Shown in pieces: positions 28,548 to 37,702 of a DNA stretch of 64,000 nucleotides. Within the stretch, counting starts at the first letter, position 1; each line of letters begins with the position of its first letter. The position numbers were made by a program, and so were the translations under genes. Below the pieces are notes generated by a model. It was not told the DNA's origin and did no database searches. It saw nothing but the letters and a program-made list of their open reading frames with translations. The DNA is from an uncultured Chlorobiota bacterium (GTDB lineage: Bacteria; Bacteroidota; Bacteroidia; Bacteroidales; JAADGE01), in contig CAMZKL010000022.1 of the NCBI GenBank assembly GCA_947311255.1, forward strand, positions 10,801 to 74,800. The letters run 5' to 3'.

Positions 28548-28838
28548 TTATAATAAAGTTCCTTTTTGTTGGTTTAATGCTCTTGTAATTGCAGTTTCTA
28601 ATCTTGCAATAATTGTTGGTTCTAATGCACCTTTATCTTTGGCAATTAGGTGTACATTTTCAATTTCGTATTTATCAAGAATATTATTAACTAATTCGCT
28701 TAGCATATCACCATATTGCAGCATTACGCTTGATGAGATTTCGAGTTTTCGTCCTTCTTTATTTTTTAAAGGTTCAATTAAAATCATAATATCGCTTGAT
28801 TCAAAAGTTCCTGCTTGTGCTTTTCTGTGTAATTCCAT
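28548..28838 (-). CDS. citD: Citrate lyase acyl carrier protein (gamma subunit)
   Basis: 96 aa. AGTFESSDIMILIEP contains the prosthetic-group serine motif of CitD. Confidence 0.9.
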   Translation of the reverse strand: MELHRKAQAGTFESSDIMILIEPLKNKEGRKLEISSSVMLQYGDMLSELVNNILDKYEIENVHLIAKDKGALEPTIIARLETAITRALNQQKGTLL

Positions 28839-28857
28839 ATTTGTAATTTAAAAAAAA

Positions 28858-28865
28858 CAAATGTA
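28858..28865 (-). promoter_or_regulatory. -7 promoter box (TACATTTG on minus strand) for citDEF
   Basis: The reverse complement of CAAATGTA gives TACATTTG, with its G 19 nt upstream of the citD ATG. Confidence 0.5.
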
Positions 28866-28966
28866 GATACTTCAATTTGTTGTTTGCATGAGAAATGTCA
28901 TGTAAATTTATGTTTAATGAAATATTTAAAAAATAATAAAAATTATTGCAAGTTTGTTTAAAAAAA

Positions 28967-28974
28967 TATCTTTG
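28967..28974 (+). promoter_or_regulatory. -7 promoter box (TATCTTTG) for citXG-citC
   Basis: Exact TAnnTTTG match 24 nt upstream of the ATG at 28999. This argues against the longer TTG-initiated ORF from 28954. Confidence 0.5.
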
Positions 28975-28998
28975 CACATTCAATTTATTATAAAAATT

Positions 28999-30363
28999 AT
29001 GAGTGAAATTTTACAGAAAATATTATTAGCAAAAGATAATAGAGCAAATTTGCGTAATACTTTTTCTGCAAAAAAAAATGTGTCAATTAGTTTAAGTTTA
29101 AATATTGCTTCTTACCCAAAAACTAATAAAAACATAAGTCAATTTTTTAACTTGGTTTTAGCAGATTTAAAAATTTTCCTTTTAGCAAATAAAGTTTTTA
29201 TTGATAATCGTTCGGAAGTTAACAGTATTGATGAAGCAGGTAATTTTTTTATAGCAATTGTTAAAAATAAAGATATTACATCTTCTGAAATAAAACAAAT
29301 TACAGAAGAATTTGAAGAAAACCACAAGTTAGGAAGGTTTATAGATGTTGATATTACAAATAAACATGGCAAAAATGTAAGTTCACATAAAAAAAAGTTA
29401 TGCTATTTTTGTAATGAAAAGCCTGCCATTGTTTGTATGCGAGAGAAAACGCATTCATATCCTGAATTAAAGTCTTTTATTTCAAAAAAAATTAATGACT
29501 ATTTATTTAATGAAAAGAAGAAGCAAATTACAAAACAATTAAGTTCTATTGCTTTAAAATCAATATTATACGAAGTCTCACTAAGTCCAAAACCCGGCTT
29601 GGTTGATTTTTATAATTCTGGTTCTCATAAAGATATGAATTATTATACATTTTTAAATTCATCAGCAGCACTTGCCCAATATTTTACAAAATTTGCTGAA
29701 TTAGGGTATGGTTTTAATGAAGATTTATCAAAAGCAATTTCAAAAATTAGAATTATTGGTTTGCAAACCGAAAAAGATATGTTTGCTGCAACTAATGACG
29801 TAAATACACAAAAAGGAATAATATTTTTAATGGGAATTGCTTTATTTTCTGCATCTTATGTTTTTTATAAAGATGGAAAATTTACTATTTCAAATTTTCA
29901 GGAAACTGTAAAAAAAGTTTGTAAAAGTCTTGTTTACAGCGAATTGCAAAATTTACAAGTTTATAAAACTCATGGGGAAAAGTGTTTTGAAAAGTTTGGC
30001 TTAAAAGGAGCAGGAGCAAGACACGAAGTAGAACAAGCATTTCCGACAGTTGTAAATTTTGCATTGCCAGTATTAGAAAAATATTTTAGAGGAAACAAAA
30101 AAGAAGAAATTGAACTTGCACTAAGAAAAACTTTACTTGCAATTATTTCTAAAAATAATGATTCAAATGTTTTATACAGAAAAGGAGAAAGTATTCTTAA
30201 AAAATTAAAGATATTTTCAAAAGATGCGTTTATTGAGGATAAAGAATATAATAAAGTTTGTAAGTTTTGTATAAAAGAAAACATTTCACCCGGTGGTTCT
30301 GCCGATTTACTAGCAGTTTCACTTTTTTTACATTTTACTAAAAAAGATAAAAATGAATTTTGA
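28999..30363 (+). CDS. citXG: Fused CitX (apo-citrate lyase phosphoribosyl-dephospho-CoA transferase) / CitG (triphosphoribosyl-dephospho-CoA synthase)
   Basis: The N-terminal ~180 aa are CitX-like (GRFIDVDI). The C-terminal ~270 aa are CitG-like (SPKPGLVD, ISPGGSADLLA). The summed length matches separate CitX plus CitG. Confidence 0.8.
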   Translation: MSEILQKILLAKDNRANLRNTFSAKKNVSISLSLNIASYPKTNKNISQFFNLVLADLKIFLLANKVFIDNRSEVNSIDEAGNFFIAIVKNKDITSSEIKQITEEFEENHKLGRFIDVDITNKHGKNVSSHKKKLCYFCNEKPAIVCMREKTHSYPELKSFISKKINDYLFNEKKKQITKQLSSIALKSILYEVSLSPKPGLVDFYNSGSHKDMNYYTFLNSSAALAQYFTKFAELGYGFNEDLSKAISKIRIIGLQTEKDMFAATNDVNTQKGIIFLMGIALFSASYVFYKDGKFTISNFQETVKKVCKSLVYSELQNLQVYKTHGEKCFEKFGLKGAGARHEVEQAFPTVVNFALPVLEKYFRGNKKEEIELALRKTLLAIISKNNDSNVLYRKGESILKKLKIFSKDAFIEDKEYNKVCKFCIKENISPGGSADLLAVSLFLHFTKKDKNEF

Positions 30364-31438
30364 AGATACCGATTTCCGTCAGGAAGTTTTAGATATAGAA
30401 AATCCTTACGATGTTAAGCTTGTTTCAGACTTTTTAAATGATTTGGGTTTTGACTATAAAGTAGATGATGTTGATTGCACTATGTTGTTATATAATCTTA
30501 ATGATGAGATAGTTGGAACAGGTTCGTATAAAAATAAAACGTTGAAATATGTTGCAGTTGCACAAAAGTTTCGAGATTCTACGGCTTTTGCTTTAATTGT
30601 AACACATATTTCAAATGTTATTATGCAAAAGCATAGCACATGTTTTGTTTTTACGAAACCTAAGACAGCAAAATTATTTCAAAGTCTTGGTTTTTCGATT
30701 ATTGCAACAGCAGAACCACTTTTTACAGTTTTAGAATTTGGTTTGAAAACAATAAAAGATTATCAAGTTTATTTAAAGTCAATAAAAAGAGAAATTAAAA
30801 CAAATAATATTGCAACAATTGTCGTAAACTGTAATCCTTTTACAAATGGGCATAAATATTTAATTGAAAAAGCAGCTTCCGAAAGTGAGCTAGTATATCT
30901 ATTTGTTGTTGAAGAAAATTTATCTGCATTTCCATTTGAAATTCGATGGGACTTAATAAAAAAAGGAATACAGCATTTGAATAATGTTGTGATGGTTAAG
31001 GCAGGAGAGTACATTGTTTCAGGTTCAATTTTTCCTAACTATTTTCTTAAAAATGAAAGTTTTGATTTGGTTTCGCAAAAACAGGCAGAAATTGATGTTA
31101 CAATATTTACAGAGTATTTTGTTCCTATTTTAGGAATTACAAAAAGGTATATAGGAACGGAAAATTATTGTAAAACTACATGTGCCTATAATACAGCAAT
31201 GTTTAAAATTTTGCCAAAAGCAGGAGTTGAAGTCATTGAAATTACTAGGAAAGCTCTTGGAATGGATAAAAACAATGAGCCTAATTACATAAGTGCTTCA
31301 AAAGTTAGAGATGCTATTAAAAATGACAGGCTTAATGAAGTTATTGACTTTATTCCGGTGTCAACAAGAGATTTTCTTTTATCTGAAGATGCTATTGAAG
31401 TCATTCATAGAATTAAATCATATTCAGGAAGACACTAA
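30353..31438 (+). CDS. citC: [Citrate (pro-3S)-lyase] ligase
   Basis: 361 aa with an N-terminal GNAT-like domain and a cytidylyltransferase-like core (VVNCNPFTNGHKYLIEKA). It overlaps citXG by 11 nt. Confidence 0.88.
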   Translation: MNFEDTDFRQEVLDIENPYDVKLVSDFLNDLGFDYKVDDVDCTMLLYNLNDEIVGTGSYKNKTLKYVAVAQKFRDSTAFALIVTHISNVIMQKHSTCFVFTKPKTAKLFQSLGFSIIATAEPLFTVLEFGLKTIKDYQVYLKSIKREIKTNNIATIVVNCNPFTNGHKYLIEKAASESELVYLFVVEENLSAFPFEIRWDLIKKGIQHLNNVVMVKAGEYIVSGSIFPNYFLKNESFDLVSQKQAEIDVTIFTEYFVPILGITKRYIGTENYCKTTCAYNTAMFKILPKAGVEVIEITRKALGMDKNNEPNYISASKVRDAIKNDRLNEVIDFIPVSTRDFLLSEDAIEVIHRIKSYSGRH

Positions 31439-31518
31439 ATTAATGGGACTTCTAAAACTCATTCGCATCAAGATTTTAATAAATTTTAAATAACAAAAAT
31501 AGAATTGCTTAAATTTAT

Positions 31519-31526
31519 TATCTTTG
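31519..31526 (+). promoter_or_regulatory. -7 promoter box (TATCTTTG) for the J-domain gene
   Basis: Exact TAnnTTTG match, ending 48 nt upstream of the GTG start at 31575. Confidence 0.45.
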
Positions 31527-31574
31527 GACAATCTTATTTTTAATATCACAAAGCTATATTAATTTTATTAAATA

Positions 31575-32435
31575 GTGAATTTCAAAAACTACTATAAAAT
31601 ACTAGGATTAGATAAAAACACTGCTGAAAGTGAAATTAAAAAAGCATATCGTAAACTTGCTAAACAATGGCATCCTGACAAAAATCCCGGGAACAAAAAA
31701 GCTGAAAATAAATTTAAAGAAATTTCAGAAGCCTACGATGTACTTTCAGATAACATTAAAAGAAAAAAATTTGATGATTTCATTAATGTAAATAAGTCAA
31801 AAGCTGCATATTCTTATAATAATGCAAAACATTATTATACAAATACTTCTGAAACTGATTTTTCTGACTTTTTTAAGCAATTTTTCAAAAAAAGAAGTAA
31901 ACAAAAATATTCATACTTTAAAGGTGATGACCTCAGAGGAAAAATTACTATTGAGCTCCAAGAGGCTTACACAGGCTCAATGAGAATAATTAACACTAGT
32001 AAAGAAAAAATCAGAATAAAAATTAAACCCGGAATAACAAATGATAAGATCCTAAAAATAAAAGGAAAAGGGAAAGCAAGTAAATATGGTGGTGAAAATG
32101 GAGATTTATTTATTAGAATTGTTATAAATAAAAATGATTTATACACTCGCAGAAAAAATGATCTTATAAAAAAAGAAATAATTGATGTTTACACTGCAAT
32201 TCTTGGCGGAGAAATCTCAGTTTCTACTTTTAAAGGGAATATAAAAGTAAAAATTCCGCCAAATTTTAAATTTAACAAGAAGTTAAGAGTGAGAGAATAT
32301 GGAATGCCTGATTATGACAATCCAAGTAAATTTGGAGACCTTCATTTGGATTTAGACTACAAACTTCCAGAAACTATTTCAGAGGAAGAGCAAATTTTAC
32401 TTAAAAGAATACAAGAAATTAGAGATAGTTTATAA
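31575..32435 (+). CDS. DnaJ-class co-chaperone lacking the zinc-finger domain (CbpA-like)
   Basis: 286 aa from a GTG start. It has a J domain (YYKILGLDKN...WHPDKNPG) and DnaJ C-terminal domains, but no CxxCxGxG repeats. Confidence 0.85.
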   Translation: MNFKNYYKILGLDKNTAESEIKKAYRKLAKQWHPDKNPGNKKAENKFKEISEAYDVLSDNIKRKKFDDFINVNKSKAAYSYNNAKHYYTNTSETDFSDFFKQFFKKRSKQKYSYFKGDDLRGKITIELQEAYTGSMRIINTSKEKIRIKIKPGITNDKILKIKGKGKASKYGGENGDLFIRIVINKNDLYTRRKNDLIKKEIIDVYTAILGGEISVSTFKGNIKVKIPPNFKFNKKLRVREYGMPDYDNPSKFGDLHLDLDYKLPETISEEEQILLKRIQEIRDSL

Positions 32436-32439
32436 AAAA

Positions 32440-32470
32440 ATCGCACTTCAATAAAAAATTAAAGTGCGAT
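32440..32470. terminator. Bidirectional terminator hairpin between the convergent J-domain gene and etfA
   Basis: ATCGCACTT (32440-32448) pairs with AAGTGCGAT (32462-32470), flanked by an A-run on one side and A/T-rich sequence on the other. Confidence 0.6.
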
Positions 32471-32492
32471 AAACTATATTAAAAATTAAAAA

Positions 32493-33467
32493 TTAGCCTT
32501 CTGCATAGAACTTTTTTAATGCTTCATTAAGTTTAGGAACTACATCAAAAGCATCTCCAATAATTCCATAATCTGCCGCTTCAAAGAAAGGAGCATCTGC
32601 ATCAGTATTTATGCAAACCATTATTTTTGAGCTATTTACTCCTGCAAGATGCTGTACTGCACCGGAAATTCCTACTGCAATATACAAGTTAGGTGCAACA
32701 ACTTTTCCTGTTTGTCCTACATGCTCATCGTGTCCTCTCCATCCTAAATCACTTACTGGACGTGAGCAACTTATTCCTGCTCCCATAATTTCGGCCATTT
32801 CTTCAATCATTCCCCAGTTTTCAGCAGCTTTTAAACCTCTTCCGGCAGAAACAAGTATATCTGCGTCTGTAACAGAAAGTTTTCCTGTACTTTTAACAAC
32901 TTCAATAGGTTTTACTGCATAAGCTCCTTCTGGAATTTCTGCGGTAAAATCCTCAATTGAGATATCTTCTTTTGCTTCAACTATTTTATATGAATTTTGC
33001 GATAAAGTAACAACTTTTGTATCTGAGTTTACAACAACATCTGCAAATGCTTTTCCTGAAAATGCTCTTTTTCTCACAGTAAAAGGAGCTAAGGAAGAAG
33101 GTATTGCAACAGCACCTGCGACTAATCCTGCATTTAATTTAACACTTAATCTTGGAGCAATTGCTCTTCCTGATGGATTATTTCCAAAAAGAATTACATT
33201 TGCTCCGATATTCTTAGCAACTTGCTCAATAACAGCCGTGTATGCCTTTGCTGAAAAATCTTTTAGTTCATCGTTTCCAACTTTAATAACTTTTTTTGCT
33301 CCATAATTTCCTAGCTCTTTCAATGCTGACTCATCAACATTTCCTATTGTAACAGCTATTGCTTCTGTTCCTTCTTGTTTTGCAATCTCGACCCCGTATG
33401 ATACCAATTCATAACTTGATTTTTTAAATTTACCGTCGAAATTTTCTGTATATATTAAAACTGCCAT
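32493..33467 (-). CDS. etfA: Electron transfer flavoprotein alpha subunit
   Basis: 324 aa with a C-terminal FAD-binding segment (YIAVGISGAVQHLAG). Confidence 0.93.
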   Translation of the reverse strand: MAVLIYTENFDGKFKKSSYELVSYGVEIAKQEGTEAIAVTIGNVDESALKELGNYGAKKVIKVGNDELKDFSAKAYTAVIEQVAKNIGANVILFGNNPSGRAIAPRLSVKLNAGLVAGAVAIPSSLAPFTVRKRAFSGKAFADVVVNSDTKVVTLSQNSYKIVEAKEDISIEDFTAEIPEGAYAVKPIEVVKSTGKLSVTDADILVSAGRGLKAAENWGMIEEMAEIMGAGISCSRPVSDLGWRGHDEHVGQTGKVVAPNLYIAVGISGAVQHLAGVNSSKIMVCINTDADAPFFEAADYGIIGDAFDVVPKLNEALKKFYAEG

Positions 33468-33552
33468 TTTTTTATTTTTATAATTATTTGTTAATATTTA
33501 TGTTTTAAAAACATGAAATTATGTACTTGATAATAATTTCAAATTTTTAAAT

Positions 33553-34296
33553 TTAAATAACTTTTGCTTCTTCATGTAATAATCTTACCAATTCTTCAAC
33601 ATTGTCAGGCGAAACCATTTTACAAGCAGGTTTTGCTTCCGGAAGATAGTGTTTTATCACTTCTGTCATATTTTTTTGTTCAACAGGTTCAATAACTTCT
33701 AATTTTTTTCTTCTGGCAGTCATAATACCTCTCATATTTGGAATTCTTGGTTCTTTTGCAAAACCTTTTCCAGCACTTACAACAAAAGGAAAACTTGCTT
33801 CAAGAACTTGTTTTCCTCCGTCAATTTCTTGTTCCATTTTAATTTTATCTCCTTCAAGTTCAAATAAAGATGCTCCTGCTACCGTAGGTAAATCTAAAAA
33901 AGCACCTATCATTCCTTCTACCTGCCCTCCATTGTAATCAATTGATTCTTTGCCTGTTACAACAACATCAAATTCGCCGTTTTTGTAAACTTCTGCAATT
34001 TGTTTTGCAACAAAAGCTGCATCAGTAGGGTCTGCATTAATTCTTATTGCCTCATCTGCTCCCATTGCAAGGGCTTTTCTGAGTGTAGCTTCGGTTTCAG
34101 CATTACCAACATTTATTGCTGTAATGTGCATTTCAGTTCCTGCGTCTTTAATATCCAGTAGTCTGGTCAATGCTAATTCTTCATACGGACCAACTATATA
34201 TTGAATGTCTGTTGTGTCAAATTTAGTGTCGCCGTCTGTAAATTTCACTTTTGAAGTGGTATCAGGAACATGTCCAATACAAATGAGTGCTTTCAT
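33553..34296 (-). CDS. etfB: Electron transfer flavoprotein beta subunit
   Basis: 247 aa with an EtfB-like N-terminus (MKALICIGHVPDTTSKVKF). It is paired with etfA. Confidence 0.92.
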   Translation of the reverse strand: MKALICIGHVPDTTSKVKFTDGDTKFDTTDIQYIVGPYEELALTRLLDIKDAGTEMHITAINVGNAETEATLRKALAMGADEAIRINADPTDAAFVAKQIAEVYKNGEFDVVVTGKESIDYNGGQVEGMIGAFLDLPTVAGASLFELEGDKIKMEQEIDGGKQVLEASFPFVVSAGKGFAKEPRIPNMRGIMTARRKKLEVIEPVEQKNMTEVIKHYLPEAKPACKMVSPDNVEELVRLLHEEAKVI

Positions 34297-34340
34297 ATTA
34301 TATTAATTTATTGTTATATATTAATTTGTAAAAATCTTAT

Positions 34341-34348
34341 GCAAACAT
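34341..34348 (-). promoter_or_regulatory. -7 promoter box (TATGTTTG on minus strand) for etfBA
   Basis: The reverse complement of CAAACATA is TATGTTTG, about 45 nt upstream of the etfB ATG. Confidence 0.45.
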
Positions 34349-34390
34349 AATAAATTTTTCTTTATTTTCAAAATAAAGTTATGCAATTTT

Positions 34391-34429
34391 TTTTATTAAA
34401 AAACCGCAAAACATTATAATATCTTGCGG
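34391..34429 (-). terminator. Rho-independent terminator after pspA (minus strand)
   Basis: CCGCAA (34404-34409) pairs with TTGCGG (34424-34429). On the minus strand the hairpin is followed by a T-run. Confidence 0.55.
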
Positions 34430-34455
34430 CTTAATTAATGTTTAAAACACGAAGA

Positions 34456-35175
34456 TTATTCTGTTATTGCTTTATCTCCTCCGGATAATTTGGCTTTTAA
34501 AGCTGCAAGAGCATCGGAACCACTTCCTGCAGATGCTTCAAGAACACTATCAATTTCTTCATCAATACTTTGATTTTCAAAAGCAATATCTGCATAAGAT
34601 TCTGCAATTGCTTCATCTTGTTCAATTTTGTCTTTCATTCTTTCAAGCATTGCAACAGTACTATCTGCGTCTATACCAGCTAATTGTTTATTAACAACTT
34701 TAGTTGCTTTGCTTACTTTTGCTCTAGCTTTTAACATTTTTGCTTCATTTTCCCACTTTCTTATTTGTTTTTTTAATCTATCAATTGTTGATTCAAGTTT
34801 TGCAACTTGTGCATCGTATGTTTTTTGAGTTTGTAATGTATTATGTAAACTTTGACCAGCTTGTTCTTTTTCTCCCAAAGCTGCTGATGCAAGTCTATCA
34901 GCTTCTGAGGGTTCAATAGCACCGCTTTCTGCACGTTTAATAAGGGCAATTGCTTTATTTTCGTATTCATTCATTTTATTACGGTATTTATTTGCATCAT
35001 TTTTTGATCTAATTGCCAGAGCTTTAACCTCTGCTAATGCTTTTATACTAAGTTCTAATTTCCCTTTCATTTCCGAAATACCTTGTTCGGTCATTTTTAC
35101 CGGGTCTTCTAAATAATCAAGTGCTGCATTTGCTTCTGCTTTTCCTATTCTAAATAGTCTACTAAAAAATCCCAT
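34456..35175 (-). CDS. pspA: PspA/IM30 family membrane-stress protein
   Basis: 239 aa, entirely coiled-coil, with the PspA-like N-terminus MGFFSRLFRIGKAEANAALDYLEDP. Confidence 0.88.
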   Translation of the reverse strand: MGFFSRLFRIGKAEANAALDYLEDPVKMTEQGISEMKGKLELSIKALAEVKALAIRSKNDANKYRNKMNEYENKAIALIKRAESGAIEPSEADRLASAALGEKEQAGQSLHNTLQTQKTYDAQVAKLESTIDRLKKQIRKWENEAKMLKARAKVSKATKVVNKQLAGIDADSTVAMLERMKDKIEQDEAIAESYADIAFENQSIDEEIDSVLEASAGSGSDALAALKAKLSGGDKAITE

Positions 35176-35296
35176 TATGTTTTTAATTTTAAAATTTGTA
35201 AATATTTTTTTTCAAATATCGTAATAAAAATATTTAATGCCAAAAATATTGGCATTATAATAGACATTTTATTTATTTTCAAACATTCTCAACGTA

Positions 35297-37333
35297 TTAA
35301 AAGCTATATCCCAAACCAAAATTAATAAACCTCCCAATACTTTCTTGGTCAGAATAGATAAGGTATTTTTTGTTTAAGGCATTTTGAATTGAAACTGAGA
35401 CTTCAAAACCAAATTTTAAAGATTTTGACATTTTAAAATCTAATAAATACTGTTTTGGTATTGAAGTTGTGTTTGCATTATCTATAAATTGCTCACTCAG
35501 ATATGTAAATGAAGTTGAAAAAGTAATATTTTTTGCTTGTATTCTTAAACCAGTTTGCAAATTATGATTTGGAGAATAATTTAACACTTTCCCTTCTAAG
35601 TCCGGCTTCTTGCTAAATTTCATAATTTTGCTTTTTGAATAAGAATAATTTAAAAAGCCATTAAAATACTCGTTAAAACTAAATATAATGGAACTTTCAA
35701 ACCCATATAATTCAACTTCGGTAATATTTTCTTTCATTACAATAGGCTTTTTTCCAAAAATAACATCTCCTGTTTCTGTATAATACATGAAGTTCTTACC
35801 TCTTGTTAGATATGTTGAAATTTCAATTTTTATTTTCTTTTTTGAAAATGTAGTTCCAAGTTCATAGTTATCAACATTCTCAGATTTAAGCTCTGGATTT
35901 GCGATTTTAAAAGCTCCTGCAATAAAGCCTGTTCTACTGAGGTCATCGAGTGTTGGGGCTCTAAAACCGGTTGAATATGACATATAAGTTTTTAAAAAAT
36001 CGTTCAAAAAGAGCAACGATATTTTTGGTGAAAATGAATTTTGATTTTTGTTAGATATTTTAGATTGGTAATTTAAAAGAAAATTAGAATTATTTGTAGG
36101 TTTCTCAATTATAAACTCGGCTTTATTTAATAAAGTATAATCATAATGCAGGGTGGCATTAACAAATAATTTTTCTATAATCTTAAAATCATTATTTAAG
36201 AAAATGGAATAATTATTAATATCTCCAATATTTCGTATGATATCAGTTGATGTTTTATATTCATCCGACCCATTTACGATGCCTTTTTTCAAATCAAAAC
36301 CTGCTGAAAGTGTATTTCTACTAGTTTTATGTGAAATGTTTCCTGTAAATCCAAAATCTTTTCTGCTGGAATTTACATTATACATTGAATAAACTTGTTT
36401 TTTAATTTTCTCAACAGTTCTAAGGTATTGTTCGTTCTGAAAATAAACATTTGCATTCCAACTTATATTTTTGCTATGTCCTTGATATTTACTTCTAAAA
36501 AAATGAGTATCATGGTCAACTGCATTTCCAATTTTATCCTTAATTTTTATTCCTTGACTTCTTTTATCGTTATAATAATTGTAAGAAAAATTTATTTTAT
36601 TATTTTTATTTAATTTGTATTCTTTAGATAAATCTATCCCAAATTCTTCACACCAAGAAGCAATATTTGTCGAATCTCTCAAACTATCTATTTGAGAAAT
36701 ATATCCATCACTTTTTCTATAAAAAGAATTTATTTTATACTTAAATTTTTTATTTTTAAAAGGAGTTCCCGAAATACCGGCATTTACAGAATAAGTATTA
36801 AATGTACCGTAATTCAAGTTTATATTTCCCGAAATTACATTTTTGCTATAATCCTGAGTTAATATATTTATTACTCCACCCATTGCACTTTTTCCAAAAA
36901 AAGATGACCCCGGACCACGAACTATTTCAATTTTTGAAACATTTGAAGGATTAAATCTGTTCCAATTTACACCTCCCAAATCAGATTTGTTTATTGGCAC
37001 TCCATCTTGAAGCACAAGAATTCTACCTTGTTCATTTCCCCCAAATCCACGTAAACTAACATTGCTTTTTCCGAAAATTCCAAATGGTCTTACAATATTA
37101 ACCCCTGAAACGGCTCTCATGGCATCATCAATTGAGCTTAAAGGAATTATTTTTAAATATTTGGTATTGATAATTGATGCTGAAGCAGGAATTTTATTTA
37201 TTGATTGTTCAATTCTTCCAGCTGAAATAATTACTTCGTCTAATTTAATAGAACTTGAGTCTTTTTGTGCAAATAAAACTGCTGAAAAAAGACAAAAAAC
37301 AGTAAACAATACAAATGAATATTTAATCTTCAT
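35297..37333 (-). CDS. TonB-dependent outer membrane receptor (substrate unknown)
   Basis: 678 aa with a signal peptide, a plug domain (DEVIISAGRIEQS...) and a 22-strand-type barrel with terminal GLGYSF. Confidence 0.9.
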   Translation of the reverse strand: MKIKYSFVLFTVFCLFSAVLFAQKDSSSIKLDEVIISAGRIEQSINKIPASASIINTKYLKIIPLSSIDDAMRAVSGVNIVRPFGIFGKSNVSLRGFGGNEQGRILVLQDGVPINKSDLGGVNWNRFNPSNVSKIEIVRGPGSSFFGKSAMGGVINILTQDYSKNVISGNINLNYGTFNTYSVNAGISGTPFKNKKFKYKINSFYRKSDGYISQIDSLRDSTNIASWCEEFGIDLSKEYKLNKNNKINFSYNYYNDKRSQGIKIKDKIGNAVDHDTHFFRSKYQGHSKNISWNANVYFQNEQYLRTVEKIKKQVYSMYNVNSSRKDFGFTGNISHKTSRNTLSAGFDLKKGIVNGSDEYKTSTDIIRNIGDINNYSIFLNNDFKIIEKLFVNATLHYDYTLLNKAEFIIEKPTNNSNFLLNYQSKISNKNQNSFSPKISLLFLNDFLKTYMSYSTGFRAPTLDDLSRTGFIAGAFKIANPELKSENVDNYELGTTFSKKKIKIEISTYLTRGKNFMYYTETGDVIFGKKPIVMKENITEVELYGFESSIIFSFNEYFNGFLNYSYSKSKIMKFSKKPDLEGKVLNYSPNHNLQTGLRIQAKNITFSTSFTYLSEQFIDNANTTSIPKQYLLDFKMSKSLKFGFEVSVSIQNALNKKYLIYSDQESIGRFINFGLGYSF

Positions 37334-37547
37334 AACAATGAATTTTAATTAATAACTTGTAAGGAAACTGAGTTTGAATATAAGGTAAGCTATCCCATAA
37401 CAGGAATAATACAAATCATTCACCTTTCCAATTCAGATAACTCATGTTATCCTCGGGAGGTTAGTTCGTTTCCAAAAAAACCCATCGGTTAAAAATCATA
37501 GCCATCTGCCTTAGATATTTTAACTCGGAGAAATATTTAATTTAGTG
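37334..37547 (-). ncRNA. Long structured 5' leader of the TonB-dependent receptor (candidate cis-regulatory RNA, class not recognised)
   Basis: About 210 nt separate the TATATTTG box from the ATG. Sense-strand helices: GGAAAC/GTTTCC (37468-73 with 37363-68), GATAAC/GTTATC hairpin (37436-51) and AAGGTGA/TTACCTT (37420-26 with 37382-88). The G-U wobbles form only in the sense orientation. Confidence 0.4.
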
Positions 37548-37555
37548 CAAATATA
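37548..37555 (-). promoter_or_regulatory. -7 promoter box (TATATTTG on minus strand) for the TonB-dependent receptor
   Basis: The reverse complement of CAAATATA is TATATTTG. It is the only exact box I found upstream of the receptor. Confidence 0.45.
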
Positions 37556-37702
37556 TATTAAAATAATAATTATTCAACAATTCATGCAGAATATTAATAA
37601 GTCGTATTATTATACTAGGCGTGAGAAATTTTCATTAAATTCAAGAATTACAGACTTAAAATACCTGTTAAGCTAAAATAAAAAATGTATGAATAAAACG
37701 GA

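Noticed and set aside
28954-28998. TTG-initiated 15-codon N-terminal extension of the citXG ORF.
   Set aside because: The extension contains the TATCTTTG promoter box, so the ATG at 28999 is the more plausible start.
37501-37514. The minus-strand string CTAAGGCAGATGGC resembles the CCAAGGCAGATGAC segment of 4.5S/SRP RNA.
   Set aside because: The conserved SRP domain IV sequence (GGTCCGGAAGGAAGCAGCC-like) is absent from the flanks. An isolated 11-nt similarity is most likely chance.
37334-37555. Possible cobalamin, TPP or Moco riboswitch in the TonB-receptor leader.
   Set aside because: I could not find the cobalamin core (GCCACTG, B12 box) or the TPP core (CTGAGA, ACCTGATCTGGATAATGCCAGCG). 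CTCCGAG and GGAAAGG strings are vaguely Moco-like, but they are in the wrong order as far as I recall. The region is kept only as an unclassified structured leader.
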